From IMG/VR virus record IMGVR_UViG_3300031260_000055, positions 1 to 46,242 of that record: DNA of 46,242 nt. One strand, written 5' to 3'. The notes under the pieces were generated by a model. It did no database searches. It was not told the DNA's origin and saw only the letters and a program-made list of their open reading frames with translations. The position numbers were made by a program, and so were the translations under genes. This document shows positions 8,598 to 17,760 of this stretch, one piece after another; positions within the stretch are counted from its first letter, which is position 1; each line of letters starts with the position of its first letter. This DNA is from a virus (Duplodnaviria; Caudoviricetes).

Positions 8598-8744
8598 TTA
8601 AATTTGCTTATCGTAATAGCGTATATCAGTTACTTTATATCGGACTTTTCGTACTGTTCCGTCCATATTAATTGATTGTCCTATTTCTACGTCCAGTTCT
8701 ATGCCTTCTTTATCATCTCTAATGGTTTTTCTAATTATTTCCAT
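8598..8744 (-). CDS. Small hypothetical protein (48 aa, not in track)
   Basis: MEIIRKTIRDDKEGIELDVEIG...; GAGGGG SD. Confidence 0.55.
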   Translation of the reverse strand: MEIIRKTIRDDKEGIELDVEIGQSINMDGTVRKVRYKVTDIRYYDKQI

Positions 8745-8790
8745 AGATTATCCCCTCTAATCCTTTAAATACTCCTTAAATGCTTTAATT

Positions 8791-9150
8791 TTAACGATTC
8801 TTTAGCAAGTGGCCATGTTTTAATTTCGCTTCTAACTTATCTAGTTTAAATCCTAATTCCCTGCTTAAATCGTTGCCTTCCAATTTATGGATGATGGAGA
8901 GTTGCTTTAACATGATTATAACATCTGTGAACTCTTCCATTATAGCCTCATTGTTATGAGGTGGACTAATCCCTATTATGGTATTATAATACCTCTCCCT
9001 TTGTGCTTTACAAATCGCTTGAGTTAGCTCTGCCATTTCCTCAATTAAAAGAATTTCCTGTATCTTAACTCCATATTCAAATATAGTCTTTGTACTCAAC
9101 TCTTCCAGCCGCTTTTTCGTTTTTTCGTCAATATCAAACATATAACTCAC
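8791..9150 (-). CDS. MazG-like NTP pyrophosphohydrolase
   Basis: IEEMAELTQAICK ... IMEEFTDV (ExxE...ExxD). Confidence 0.75.
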   Translation of the reverse strand: MSYMFDIDEKTKKRLEELSTKTIFEYGVKIQEILLIEEMAELTQAICKAQRERYYNTIIGISPPHNNEAIMEEFTDVIIMLKQLSIIHKLEGNDLSRELGFKLDKLEAKLKHGHLLKNR

Positions 9151-9320
9151 CTATTTAAAAAATAAAGGGAATTTAAAGTATTTTATAGGTATATAGGATA
9201 AATTCCATATCCAATACTCTAAAAAGTTTTTTAAGCTCCTCTTTTTTACCAAAGCATTTTATTTTAACTGCTATTTTCATGTTCTCCCGATTCTATTATT
9301 TTCATCTCCATTTTAAACAC

Positions 9321-9461
9321 TTATTCCCGGTTAAAACCATTTAAACTGGATTGTTTTCCGGTTTCATCACTGTATCCGCAGTTCTCAGGGGAACCTTCAA
9401 CTGTGCAGCCACGACAATACTTTTTCGTTACTTTTCCCATTTTTAACCGACAGTAAACCAT
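9321..9461 (-). CDS. Cys-rich microprotein with C-terminal PIP-box-like motif (46 aa, not in track)
   Basis: MVYCRLKMGKVTKKYCRGCTVEGSPENCGYSDETGKQSSLNGFNRE; GAGGT SD. Confidence 0.55.
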   Translation of the reverse strand: MVYCRLKMGKVTKKYCRGCTVEGSPENCGYSDETGKQSSLNGFNRE

Positions 9462-9493
9462 TCTTATTACCTCTATGGATATATTTTAGGTAT

Positions 9494-9844
9494 TCATCCT
9501 TTTTTAACGGTTATTAAGCCGTCAGCTTTGCATTCTGGGTTTTCGTTCAGAAAATCAATCATTTCCTGTTCCTGGTAGTGTATGGCCTTTTTAAACTTCA
9601 CGATATCCTCTCCTGCGTAATCTTTGTAAACTAGCCATATCTGGTAACCTCTGATATTCATTTCCGCCATACTTAAAATGATTCCCAGTCCTTGTTCTGG
9701 GATAAAACTGGTTTTCATAATGTTTTCCATCACTGTTAAGGCTCCGGGGTTGCCTTCGCTCATCACATAGATAATTTCTTCTTTGCTCATAAAACCATTA
9801 ATTCCCCTTTTATCGCGTTCTAGTTGCTTAGGACTTTTTTTCAT
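9494..9844 (-). CDS. Viral hypothetical protein (SEGNPGAL motif)
   Basis: Intact ORF with SD inside the operon. Confidence 0.7.
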   Translation of the reverse strand: MKKSPKQLERDKRGINGFMSKEEIIYVMSEGNPGALTVMENIMKTSFIPEQGLGIILSMAEMNIRGYQIWLVYKDYAGEDIVKFKKAIHYQEQEMIDFLNENPECKADGLITVKKG

Positions 9845-9858
9845 GTTATCTAACTCCC

Positions 9859-10497
9859 TTATGTTGCTTTTTCCTCTTCAGATTTACTTATCCTTAGCAT
9901 TTCCTCTTTTATCCGCTTAATCCGTATTTCATGGTTGCTATCTGGCACTGTGCAGGGGGATTTCTTTCTCATGTGCCTTTGAAGCATTCTATCGTAGGTT
10001 TGAAGTTTCCTAATCAGCCTTATCTTTTCATTAAGCCGGTCAAGCACAAGATCTACCTTAACTGTAAGATTACACTTGAAACAGACCTCTCCATTAATTA
10101 CCCCTCTGGCCAGTAATTGGTTAAGGAAGGCTAAACCGCTTTTTAAGTTGCGGAGTTCATAGGAATAATCTGTTTTAATTGATTCTGGGGTTTTATAGTT
10201 GTTTAAACTTTCAACCATTTCCATTAAATCAATATTCCGTTCATTCTGCTTGCATTCATCGTCTATTTTCTGTATCTCCTTATCAATGGTATCTTTTTTA
10301 AATAAACAGTAATCTGAAAGGTATATCTGTGCCAATTTCCTTTTATGATACAATAGGGCCACAGAACAGTCTTCTAGCTGCTTATTGTTCATTATTTCTT
10401 TAATATAATCTGCCCCTAGTTGGCTATCCTCCTCCTCTAAAAATGCCACGATTTCATATATTTCCTCGATTAATTCCTCTTTAGTTAAAGTTGCCAT
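9859..10497 (-). CDS. Coiled-coil hypothetical protein
   Basis: Intact ORF, GAGGG SD. Confidence 0.7.
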   Translation of the reverse strand: MATLTKEELIEEIYEIVAFLEEEDSQLGADYIKEIMNNKQLEDCSVALLYHKRKLAQIYLSDYCLFKKDTIDKEIQKIDDECKQNERNIDLMEMVESLNNYKTPESIKTDYSYELRNLKSGLAFLNQLLARGVINGEVCFKCNLTVKVDLVLDRLNEKIRLIRKLQTYDRMLQRHMRKKSPCTVPDSNHEIRIKRIKEEMLRISKSEEEKAT

Positions 10498-10524
10498 GTT
10501 TTATCCCTCTTTTAATTTTTTAAT

Positions 10525-10866
10525 TTATATTGCTGCTTTTTCCACTTCTAAATCCTCTAATTGTCCTTCATTTCCTATATATCTGCCAGAATACCAGAAT
10601 TTATCATACTTCTGTTTGTGGCTGTTTTTTATCACCCCTATTGGTATCTCACAATCCTTAAATCTTAAATTACAACTCATTTTAGGCCGTTCTGTTACAT
10701 CTCCTGTATAACTATCATCGTCTTGCCAAGCTAACCATAATGCATGTTTATAAGACCTAGCGACTACCAAACAAGCAATATGATACGGTTCAGGCGGTTC
10801 TAAGGCACAAGCCCATCCCATATATGGCGTTATTTGCTCTGAAACGACTAAATAAAGGTTATTCAT
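10525..10866 (-). CDS. Hypothetical protein
   Basis: Intact ORF overlapping the upstream stop. Confidence 0.65.
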   Translation of the reverse strand: MNNLYLVVSEQITPYMGWACALEPPEPYHIACLVVARSYKHALWLAWQDDDSYTGDVTERPKMSCNLRFKDCEIPIGVIKNSHKQKYDKFWYSGRYIGNEGQLEDLEVEKAAI

Positions 10867-11086
10867 AATGTTCTCCCTCCATTAAGTCCTCTAATTCTTC
10901 CTCTGACATAAAGTCCTCTTCTTCCACGGATTCACAGGATTCCACCTTCATATTATACTGTCCTTTATCACACTCTTCTACACAAGTAACTAGGCCGGTT
11001 GTTTTCAAGTTCCAAATGCTTTTAACCCGGCCTCCACAGTAAGGGCATCTGAGATACCTTAATTTTATTTCATCCTCTTCATTCAT
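10859..11086 (-). CDS. Zn-ribbon acidic protein
   Basis: CPYCGG...CVEEC; acidic tail. Confidence 0.65.
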   Translation of the reverse strand: MNEEDEIKLRYLRCPYCGGRVKSIWNLKTTGLVTCVEECDKGQYNMKVESCESVEEEDFMSEEELEDLMEGEHYE

Positions 11087-11178
11087 CGTATTCCACTTCT
11101 CTTAACTCTTTAAAATACCGTTCAAGCCGTCTATGGCCTTTTAACTTTTGAGTTAATTCCTTTTTAGTTTTAGGCCGT

Positions 11179-11616
11179 TTAATAGGGAGGAAATGTGCCG
11201 CATCCGTTATAGAACTCATCTTTTTCTGCCTCCTTAATACCGTGCATGGTTAAATATGGATTCAGTTCACATCCATACTGTTTATTCCTTTTCTTCATTT
11301 CTTCAAGGCTTATTTCATCAAATAAAGGGCAGAAGTTAGCCATAGTAATTAAAACTTGACTATTATACTCTCTATCATAAAAAACCTTGTCATCCATTAC
11401 AAAAGCATTCATTATCTCATAAATCACCTTCTTAGCTAATTTAGAGTAACCAACATCACTTGATTTGTATCCCATCATCTCAGATTGTACTAAACAGCAA
11501 TATCCGCCATCTCCTTCTTTACATCCCTCAAAATCCACCGTAACATGGGAGGGTATCCAGTTATCACACTTATCACACCTTCTCGTGTAATCTAAAGGCT
11601 TTTTAAGGATTCCCAT
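11179..11616 (-). CDS. Cys-rich hypothetical protein
   Basis: CDKCDNW...YCC...FCPLF. Confidence 0.65.
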   Translation of the reverse strand: MGILKKPLDYTRRCDKCDNWIPSHVTVDFEGCKEGDGGYCCLVQSEMMGYKSSDVGYSKLAKKVIYEIMNAFVMDDKVFYDREYNSQVLITMANFCPLFDEISLEEMKKRNKQYGCELNPYLTMHGIKEAEKDEFYNGCGTFPPY

Positions 11617-11618
11617 AC

Positions 11619-11855
11619 TTACTCCTCCATTTCTGGCTTAGTTTTAACAATAACTTCCACGGTCAAGCCGTCAATCTTCAAACCAACTGGTTCAAGGCCG
11701 TTACAAACTAACCGTTGCAGGAAAAAGGCAAGATCGCAGCGGACAAAGTACCCTCCTTCTGCCGCTCCCTTATAATCCCCCTTCCAAAAAATATCTTCAC
11801 TTGAATACTTCCCATCTGGCTTTTTTACTGTATTTGGTAATGATTCCTCGTTCAT
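11619..11855 (-). CDS. Hypothetical protein
   Basis: GAGGTGA SD; intact ORF. Confidence 0.65.
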   Translation of the reverse strand: MNEESLPNTVKKPDGKYSSEDIFWKGDYKGAAEGGYFVRCDLAFFLQRLVCNGLEPVGLKIDGLTVEVIVKTKPEMEE

Positions 11856-11953
11856 TTACTTCACCTCAATTAATTCATGGCTGAATAAAACTTTTATAGG
11901 TGATTCACCCTATTTAAAAACCTTCAATTCCTAGAATAAAGACTATAAATCTT

Positions 11954-12283
11954 TTATTCCTTTTTTTCCACCTCTGGCATTGCCAAATTGGTATTTTCAA
12001 AGAGTTTCGTGTCTAGTTTTTTAATCATTTCAGTTAAATCCTCGAATACATGCCAAACAAACAATCCCATTAAGAAGGTTCCTACATATCTAAATCTCCG
12101 GTCAATTGGCAAGCCTGTGCCAATTATATGGAATGTCCGCTCTTCTAATGGCATTGCATCGTCCACTTCAGCCCAAAGATAGCCCATCCCCTGATGTTCC
12201 GCAATATGGCGGACTTTCGCGTGTTCAGGCATCTTTAAAGTCGTTACAGGCATATTTAACTGATATTTAAACACTTTTCTCAT
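11954..12283 (-). CDS. Conserved phage-type hypothetical protein
   Basis: VFKY...LWAEVD...RTFHIIGTG...YVGTF...VWHVFE pattern familiar from tailed phages. Confidence 0.7.
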   Translation of the reverse strand: MRKVFKYQLNMPVTTLKMPEHAKVRHIAEHQGMGYLWAEVDDAMPLEERTFHIIGTGLPIDRRFRYVGTFLMGLFVWHVFEDLTEMIKKLDTKLFENTNLAMPEVEKKE

Positions 12284-12358
12284 TCATTCCACCTCTAAAA
12301 TCACTTAATTCATTTTTTCCGTAGTTTTCCACCTCTAAAAAAATGAAGTGTAAAAGGA

Positions 12359-12862
12359 TTACACCTCAAACAGTGGCTTTTTAGATATTAGCACTTGAAC
12401 CGTGGTAATAGGTACAGTTACCATGCCTCCTAAAGGATGGTTGATTTCCACTACCTTTGGCTCATTTTTAGGTGCTGAAGCGGGAGTTTCTGTTTTATTT
12501 TGTACCTTTTTAGGCACATACGCTTTTAATTTAGCTCTTGCACCCCTACCATGCTTGTCGTAACCGGTACATCCATCATAATCTGCATCACACCTCCCAC
12601 AACTTATTTCGCCTTCATAAGTACCTTTAGGGTTGTTTTCTAGGGTTCCATAGTGGCCACATAGTGGGCAGTAATCAATCCACTCGTAATATCCTGAATG
12701 ACCGCCATAGTAGCCGCTAGGCATAAAATAACCGCCAATAGTACCTGCACTTACACATCCAATCATTAATAACATTGAAGTTGCTAAAAGCAGCCCCAAT
12801 GCTGTTTTTCTAATCTTTTGCTTAATATTTCCATGCCTCCTAGTTGGTTGAGTATTAATCAA
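12359..12862 (-). CDS. Secreted Cys-rich protein resembling a Methanobacteriales family
   Basis: Signal-peptide-like N-terminus; WIDYCPLCGHYGTLENNPKGTYEGEISCGRCDADYDGCTG. Confidence 0.65.
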   Translation of the reverse strand: MINTQPTRRHGNIKQKIRKTALGLLLATSMLLMIGCVSAGTIGGYFMPSGYYGGHSGYYEWIDYCPLCGHYGTLENNPKGTYEGEISCGRCDADYDGCTGYDKHGRGARAKLKAYVPKKVQNKTETPASAPKNEPKVVEINHPLGGMVTVPITTVQVLISKKPLFEV

Positions 12863-12934
12863 GCATTGCTAAGATTAATCCTTGCCACATAGCCACTTAG
12901 AGGGATATTAAGCATACTAACACCTCCTATTTAA

Positions 12935-13150
12935 TCATATCTTCTTGAATCCACCTAGTTTTACAAAAACATGGATGGATGGAAGTCTTTTATCTTCTAT
13001 GAAACTCGTTAAGCGGCTTATTTTGCCTTTAAAGTATATTTTTTCGTTTTCCTCATTCGCAAAAATACATGAAATTTCACTTCCTCGTTCAATTCCATTT
13101 TTAACGAATTGTTCGGCTTCTTTTCCTGTGAAAATCATTAAGGTATCCAT
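12935..13150 (-). CDS. Hypothetical protein
   Basis: Intact ORF coupled to the upstream stop. Confidence 0.6.
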   Translation of the reverse strand: MDTLMIFTGKEAEQFVKNGIERGSEISCIFANEENEKIYFKGKISRLTSFIEDKRLPSIHVFVKLGGFKKI

Positions 13151-13151
13151 T

Positions 13152-13496
13152 TTACCTTTTCCCCTTTGGTTTTATACTTTTTATCTCTATTTCCACGCCC
13201 TCTAGTTGTAAAACATGTTTTATGCTATTTAAATACACTTCTGTGGCATCAGGGTGTAATTTAGCCGTATATTCATAAAATAAGCCTATTGAGTTGGCAA
13301 ATCCCACCATAGCAGAGGGTAAACCATACGCTTTTATAGCGGCTTCCACTATCCGGGTTATCCCCTCAGAAACCTTTTTAACTTCACAATCAACCTTTAT
13401 TAACTCTTCTGGCGGGGTATTTTCTATTATATCCATTTCTTCGGGTGTTACATTAAATTCTTCTACCAATTTCCGTTTTAATTCCTCATCAATCAT
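13152..13496 (-). CDS. Hypothetical protein (possible paralogue of 44527-44775 and of the 33-464 C-domain)
   Basis: Shared C-terminal helical pattern AMxG...G.F.......P......I...L..EG. Confidence 0.65.
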   Translation of the reverse strand: MIDEELKRKLVEEFNVTPEEMDIIENTPPEELIKVDCEVKKVSEGITRIVEAAIKAYGLPSAMVGFANSIGLFYEYTAKLHPDATEVYLNSIKHVLQLEGVEIEIKSIKPKGKR

Positions 13497-13522
13497 TTTA
13501 ACCTACTCCTTTTTAGTTAAAA

Positions 13523-14032
13523 CTATTCTATCTTATTTAAGGCTGCTTTATAAAGGCCGAAAGCCTTTACTTCACTTTTATCACTGCCCAGATACCTTAA
13601 TACTCCATCTATCCTTATATGGGCTTTCCATCGCTTAGAAGACTTATCCCAAGAAACTCCCGGGTAACGGCTGCTTGTTATATTGTGCCTATTCTGGTGA
13701 TTCTGCCTAGGCGTTACTATTTTTAAGTTTTCCCTTGTATTCTTTAGTCCATCTCCGTTGATGTGATCTACCGGGTAAGCTTTAGGGTTTTCTATAAACT
13801 GTTCTAGCAGTTCAAAGTCTTCTACATCTTCTAATTGTTTTTTTATTACCTCTCTATGCATTAAAACTGTTTTCTTTTTGCCTTTACGCTCTATTGTCCT
13901 ACACGCATATACCAACTCCCTAGTTTTAAGTTTTTTAACACTAGCGTACCATTTATTACTATTAAGCCAATGATAATCCTCATTACTTACTTCGGCGTAG
14001 TATCCTTGGGTTAATTTTATTTTCCGTACCAT
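13523..14032 (-). CDS. HNH homing endonuclease with AP2 DNA-binding domain
   Basis: MHR...VDHINGDGLKNTRENL...N..N; SRYPGVSWDK...WKAHIRIDG..YLG; likely start ATG 14032 after GGAGG. Confidence 0.9.
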   Translation of the reverse strand: MVRKIKLTQGYYAEVSNEDYHWLNSNKWYASVKKLKTRELVYACRTIERKGKKKTVLMHREVIKKQLEDVEDFELLEQFIENPKAYPVDHINGDGLKNTRENLKIVTPRQNHQNRHNITSSRYPGVSWDKSSKRWKAHIRIDGVLRYLGSDKSEVKAFGLYKAALNKIE

Positions 14033-14154
14033 TATTAGGGCCTCCATCTTCAAATATTAAATACGGTAAAAGCGGCGGCCACATGCTTAACGGCTGCCAC
14101 TCTATCTCTGGTTTGCATTTTTTTAGATTTTTAGGTTCACCTAAACTTTGTTTT

Positions 14155-14331
14155 CTAGCCTTCAATTTCCTTTGTGGTAATAACGCATCGCTTAATAAAA
14201 GGACAATCATCACATCCTTCCTCTTCACTAAATCCACAAGTTATAACCGGATTTAATTCGGGTTTAGCTTTGAATAGTGCTTTAAACTTAGCGTTCTTTG
14301 CATTCCGCATTTGTTCTTCGAAACTAAACAT
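14155..14331 (-). CDS. Small Cys-containing protein (58 aa, not in track)
   Basis: MFSFEEQMRNAKNAKFKALFKAKPELNPVITCGFSEEEGCDDCPFIKRC... Confidence 0.5.
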   Translation of the reverse strand: MFSFEEQMRNAKNAKFKALFKAKPELNPVITCGFSEEEGCDDCPFIKRCVITTKEIEG

Positions 14332-14348
14332 TCTAATCCCTTCTTGTA

Positions 14349-14648
14349 ATGGCGGCCATGACGGCCACGGCGGCCACTAGGCCTCTGGCCGCCGCTTTTT
14401 GCTTCTTTTACCAATCAGGGCAATTCTACATTTCAGATCGCATGACAATTTTCCCCTAAAAATATGAGTGGAATTACAGCGGCCCCGCCATTTTCGGCAA
14501 TTTTTAACAGCTGGTTCAATTCCGGCTATCTGGCCGTTATATGCCAAATCGGGGGTGAAGCGGCGGCCACTACCAGAGGCCGCCATCGCCGGGTTGGCCG
14601 TCATGGCCGTCATGGCCGCCGTGGCCGTCATGGCCGCCGTGGCCGCCA
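14349..14648. repeat. Two inverted arrays of 9-bp GGCC repeats; putative replication origin
   Basis: 3 x AYGRCGGCC at 14349-14375 and 6 x TGGCCGYCR at 14595-14648, directly downstream of the AAA+ gene. Confidence 0.75.
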
Positions 14649-14662
14649 ATATTTTTAAAGGG

Positions 14663-16399
14663 CTATCTATCATACTTATCCCATTCAGGTTTTAGAATAC
14701 CATCATAATGTGTTTTAAAGGATAGTTCGGGGATTATATGGTCATTCATTATGAATTCTAAAGCTTCATGACCTAATTCATCTTCTATAAGCTTTGCTTG
14801 GTCTGGGGTTAAAACGGCTTTTCCATCGCTTAAATTTGATTCATACTCCCCACTTAAGCTTAAATCATATACATTCGCCGAACCGAGCTTCCCTCTAACC
14901 TTAATAAACCCTGCATTGTTCAATTCACCAAAGTATCGCCTTATGCTCCGCTTTGTCAATATAACCGAGGATATTTCGTCATATTCTGTGGTTGTTATTC
15001 CAAGGAGAGATTCAAGCCTATCGTTGGCTTTCCACACTTTAAGGTTTTTTCTAAGGTCTTGTAGGATTTCAGCGGCTTTAGGGCTTATATTTACACTAAT
15101 ACTCTCATGATAGGTGTGTAATAAGCTAGTGAACAATTGGATGTCATTTAATGTAGTGAACAATACCTTATTACCATTTAAATCAAGCGTTGGCCGTGTA
15201 AACACATGAAATGCCGTAATAGTTTTTAATAAACCATTGTATTTATCAAAATCCCGCTTAAAATATTCTGATTCACCTAAATAGTCTATTATGTACCCTG
15301 TATATGGATTAATAATCACTATGTCCTTAACTCGCTCTTTAATTAGCTTAACCATATACTTTACAAGTTTTATCTCCTCCTTATATGCCATATACTGTTT
15401 ATACGATTTTCCGTGCTTTAATTCCATAATGGTTTTCCGTGCGTTGAAAACGGCCTTATTATCCATCCTTGGAGTTATAAATATTGACCGTGACATTTCC
15501 TGATCATCGAAAATAAACCCTGGTATTGTTGTATAAGTTAATGCAGGCCGACCATACAGAACTATATCGATAACTGTCCATCCTTCAGGGCCGGGTATAT
15601 TTAAGGGCTTATTAACAAATCCATCCGATTGAAGCTCTTTTAAAAGGTTTTTAGCTTCCATAATAAACTCTTGGCTATTCTGGCCCCCTAAATCACCGTA
15701 ATTCACTACGCATCCGTCATAATAGTAAACATTATCCTTTGCTCGGTTGAACATAGCCGCCGCCGTTACTCCTTTTTCATGGCGTATATATTCCGAGGGG
15801 ATTAAGTCCAAAGCTACTGTTTGGATGTGTGTTTTACCGCTTCCACCTTCACCTAAGCCTATTACACTTATTGGGATGCCTAAAATTACTTGACTGCAAT
15901 AAGCCAGAAATTCAAGCATTATATTCATTTTTTCCCCTGCTGTCATCCATGAAACTAGGCTTGAAATATATATCAACGGTAATTCTGTGGTTTCCAGTAC
16001 TTTCTTTGCTTCTTCTAATTTTAGCTTAACATATTCTTCTTTTTCCTGTTTAGCACGTTCATCAGTTGCCATTTTCTCTAAAACTATGGTATCATAGATG
16101 TTATGCATTATAACCCTACAATCCTCAAACATTTTGCTTAATTTAAGTGTGCTATGCTCCTTATGCGGATCGAGATGTTTTTTAATCTCTTTCCCAATCG
16201 TGGATAGCTCTGTAATGGTTAATGGTTCTTTTCCATTATATTTGGCAGTTTCGTTCCCTTTTGAATCACGGAAGACATATAAAACTTCCTTTTTAAGCAA
16301 AACTATGTATATCCGATACCCATCTGGTAATTCCACGAAATCTATAAAGTTTTCATCGGTTTCACCAGTTTTAGTTGCTGTTTCATTAATCGTATTCAT
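14663..16399 (-). CDS. P-loop AAA+ ATPase, putative replication initiator/helicase (MCM-related) with C-terminal wHTH
   Basis: GEGGSGKT Walker A; VVNYGD degenerate Walker B; EMSRS arginine finger; KRSIRRYFGELNNAGFI wHTH. Confidence 0.7.
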   Translation of the reverse strand: MNTINETATKTGETDENFIDFVELPDGYRIYIVLLKKEVLYVFRDSKGNETAKYNGKEPLTITELSTIGKEIKKHLDPHKEHSTLKLSKMFEDCRVIMHNIYDTIVLEKMATDERAKQEKEEYVKLKLEEAKKVLETTELPLIYISSLVSWMTAGEKMNIMLEFLAYCSQVILGIPISVIGLGEGGSGKTHIQTVALDLIPSEYIRHEKGVTAAAMFNRAKDNVYYYDGCVVNYGDLGGQNSQEFIMEAKNLLKELQSDGFVNKPLNIPGPEGWTVIDIVLYGRPALTYTTIPGFIFDDQEMSRSIFITPRMDNKAVFNARKTIMELKHGKSYKQYMAYKEEIKLVKYMVKLIKERVKDIVIINPYTGYIIDYLGESEYFKRDFDKYNGLLKTITAFHVFTRPTLDLNGNKVLFTTLNDIQLFTSLLHTYHESISVNISPKAAEILQDLRKNLKVWKANDRLESLLGITTTEYDEISSVILTKRSIRRYFGELNNAGFIKVRGKLGSANVYDLSLSGEYESNLSDGKAVLTPDQAKLIEDELGHEALEFIMNDHIIPELSFKTHYDGILKPEWDKYDR

Positions 16400-16457
16400 C
16401 CCCCTATCAATCCTTGAAATTCCATTTGTCTAGGGTAGGTTTATAATAATCCCTCCT

Positions 16458-16498
16458 AAAAAAATAAAAGAAATAAAATAGCGGGGTTTCCGCCTTTT
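16458..16498 (-). terminator. Hairpin plus oligo-T terminator
   Basis: Minus strand GCGGAAACCCCGC followed by TATTTTATTTCTTTTATTTTTTT. Confidence 0.55.
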
Positions 16499-16513
16499 TA
16501 TCTCTGTTCCTTA

Positions 16514-17716
16514 TTATTTTAGGCCGTTTTGCTGTAATATTTGGAATATTTCAACCTTTTCCTCTGGGACTAACAACTGTTCGCCGACCATATCTCTAGC
16601 TCTTTGTCTTACTCCTGTTGGTGTTATCGGGTCTTGTGTCCGTTCTAAACTAGCAACGACTTTGCCTAGGGGGATTGATTCAAAAACTAGTGCTGCTATT
16701 TTAGTTTCAGCAGGAATATCTAGGTTTCCTTCATCTACTGGTGCTGGAACTGGTTTATAATTTTGTTGAGGTGGAGTTGTACTCTGAGGTGGGAGTGTTG
16801 GTGTTTCTGGTTGTTCTGGTTGCGTTGCTTGAGGTGGTCCTTGTGGAGGGGTTGTCGGTGGTTGTTTAGGTGCCGGTGGTTGCTTAGGTTTGGGAGCGGC
16901 TTTGGGTTGAGGTGGAGTTGCTAATGAAGACTGCTCTGTGTCCTTTTCATTTAATCTTTCGTTTATTTCTTTCCTTTCAGCATCAACAGCTACCTGAGCA
17001 TCACTACTTACTGGATCAACTGATTCATGGCTTATATTTGGAGTTTCCGTTTGTGGTGGTGCTTTAGCTTCGTTTTTTTCCGGGTCTAGGAGTTCGTGGC
17101 CTTTGTTTAGGTCTTTATTTTGTTGAGGGGGTGTTTTAAAGGTTCTAGCAATTTGTGGTTTGCCTTTGGGTTGAGGTGGTTGCTTCGGGGTATTATTGAA
17201 GTTGTTATTTGCCATTTCATCAGTCATTTCCTCTGCGGGTGTGCTATTAAACCCTGAAAGTACCATAATCCATCCTAATGGGATTCTAAGGGCTTTACTT
17301 GTTGCTCTGGTAGTGGCCATGCTTTTAATTGCGTATTCATCTGCTCCAAACCAGTTGTATTCCTTATTGCTGCAAATAGCTTCTCCTTTGCTTATTTCCA
17401 CGCCGTTAAGCGTTCTAACGACTACGGTTGCTTCATAGGTGATTTCATCCGGTCCTCGGTCTAGCCTTACACTTTTTACTGGATAAGGGAAAACACCTAA
17501 TAAAGCCCCCAGAGTTGTCCATCCTTCAACGAATACATGCTTTTTCTTGCCGATTGGCTTGTAAAGTTTTTTTTCGTTGATTAGTTTTGATAGAGTGTTT
17601 GCGAGGTTTGTCGCTTCTTCGATTATGCCGTTGGGAGTGGTGTTAGTAAATAAAGAGGTGCTTTGGGGGGCAATTTCTTCTTTTACAATGGCAACGGCTT
17701 GTTCATCAGCTTCCAT
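16514..17716 (-). CDS. Putative ssDNA-annealing/recombination protein with long Pro/Gln-rich linker
   Basis: KKHVFVEGWTTLG...SMATTRATSKALR...TPAEEM N-domain; adjacent to SSB candidate and helicase. Confidence 0.55.
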   Translation of the reverse strand: MEADEQAVAIVKEEIAPQSTSLFTNTTPNGIIEEATNLANTLSKLINEKKLYKPIGKKKHVFVEGWTTLGALLGVFPYPVKSVRLDRGPDEITYEATVVVRTLNGVEISKGEAICSNKEYNWFGADEYAIKSMATTRATSKALRIPLGWIMVLSGFNSTPAEEMTDEMANNNFNNTPKQPPQPKGKPQIARTFKTPPQQNKDLNKGHELLDPEKNEAKAPPQTETPNISHESVDPVSSDAQVAVDAERKEINERLNEKDTEQSSLATPPQPKAAPKPKQPPAPKQPPTTPPQGPPQATQPEQPETPTLPPQSTTPPQQNYKPVPAPVDEGNLDIPAETKIAALVFESIPLGKVVASLERTQDPITPTGVRQRARDMVGEQLLVPEEKVEIFQILQQNGLK

Positions 17717-17760
17717 ATTTTAAGCCTCCTTTAAATGAGGATTAAAGGGCTGGTTTGCCC

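Noticed and set aside
12287-12341. Duplicated TTCCACCTCTAAAA
   Set aside because: Two copies of an SD-containing sequence upstream of one gene, with no further structure
14377-14695. ORFs in several frames over the GGCC repeats
   Set aside because: Low-complexity translations of GC-rich 9-mers; best explained as DNA repeats, though 14377-14673 cannot be excluded
16760-17190. Recurrent TTGAGGTGG repeats
   Set aside because: They encode the PPQ-rich linker of the 16514-17716 protein
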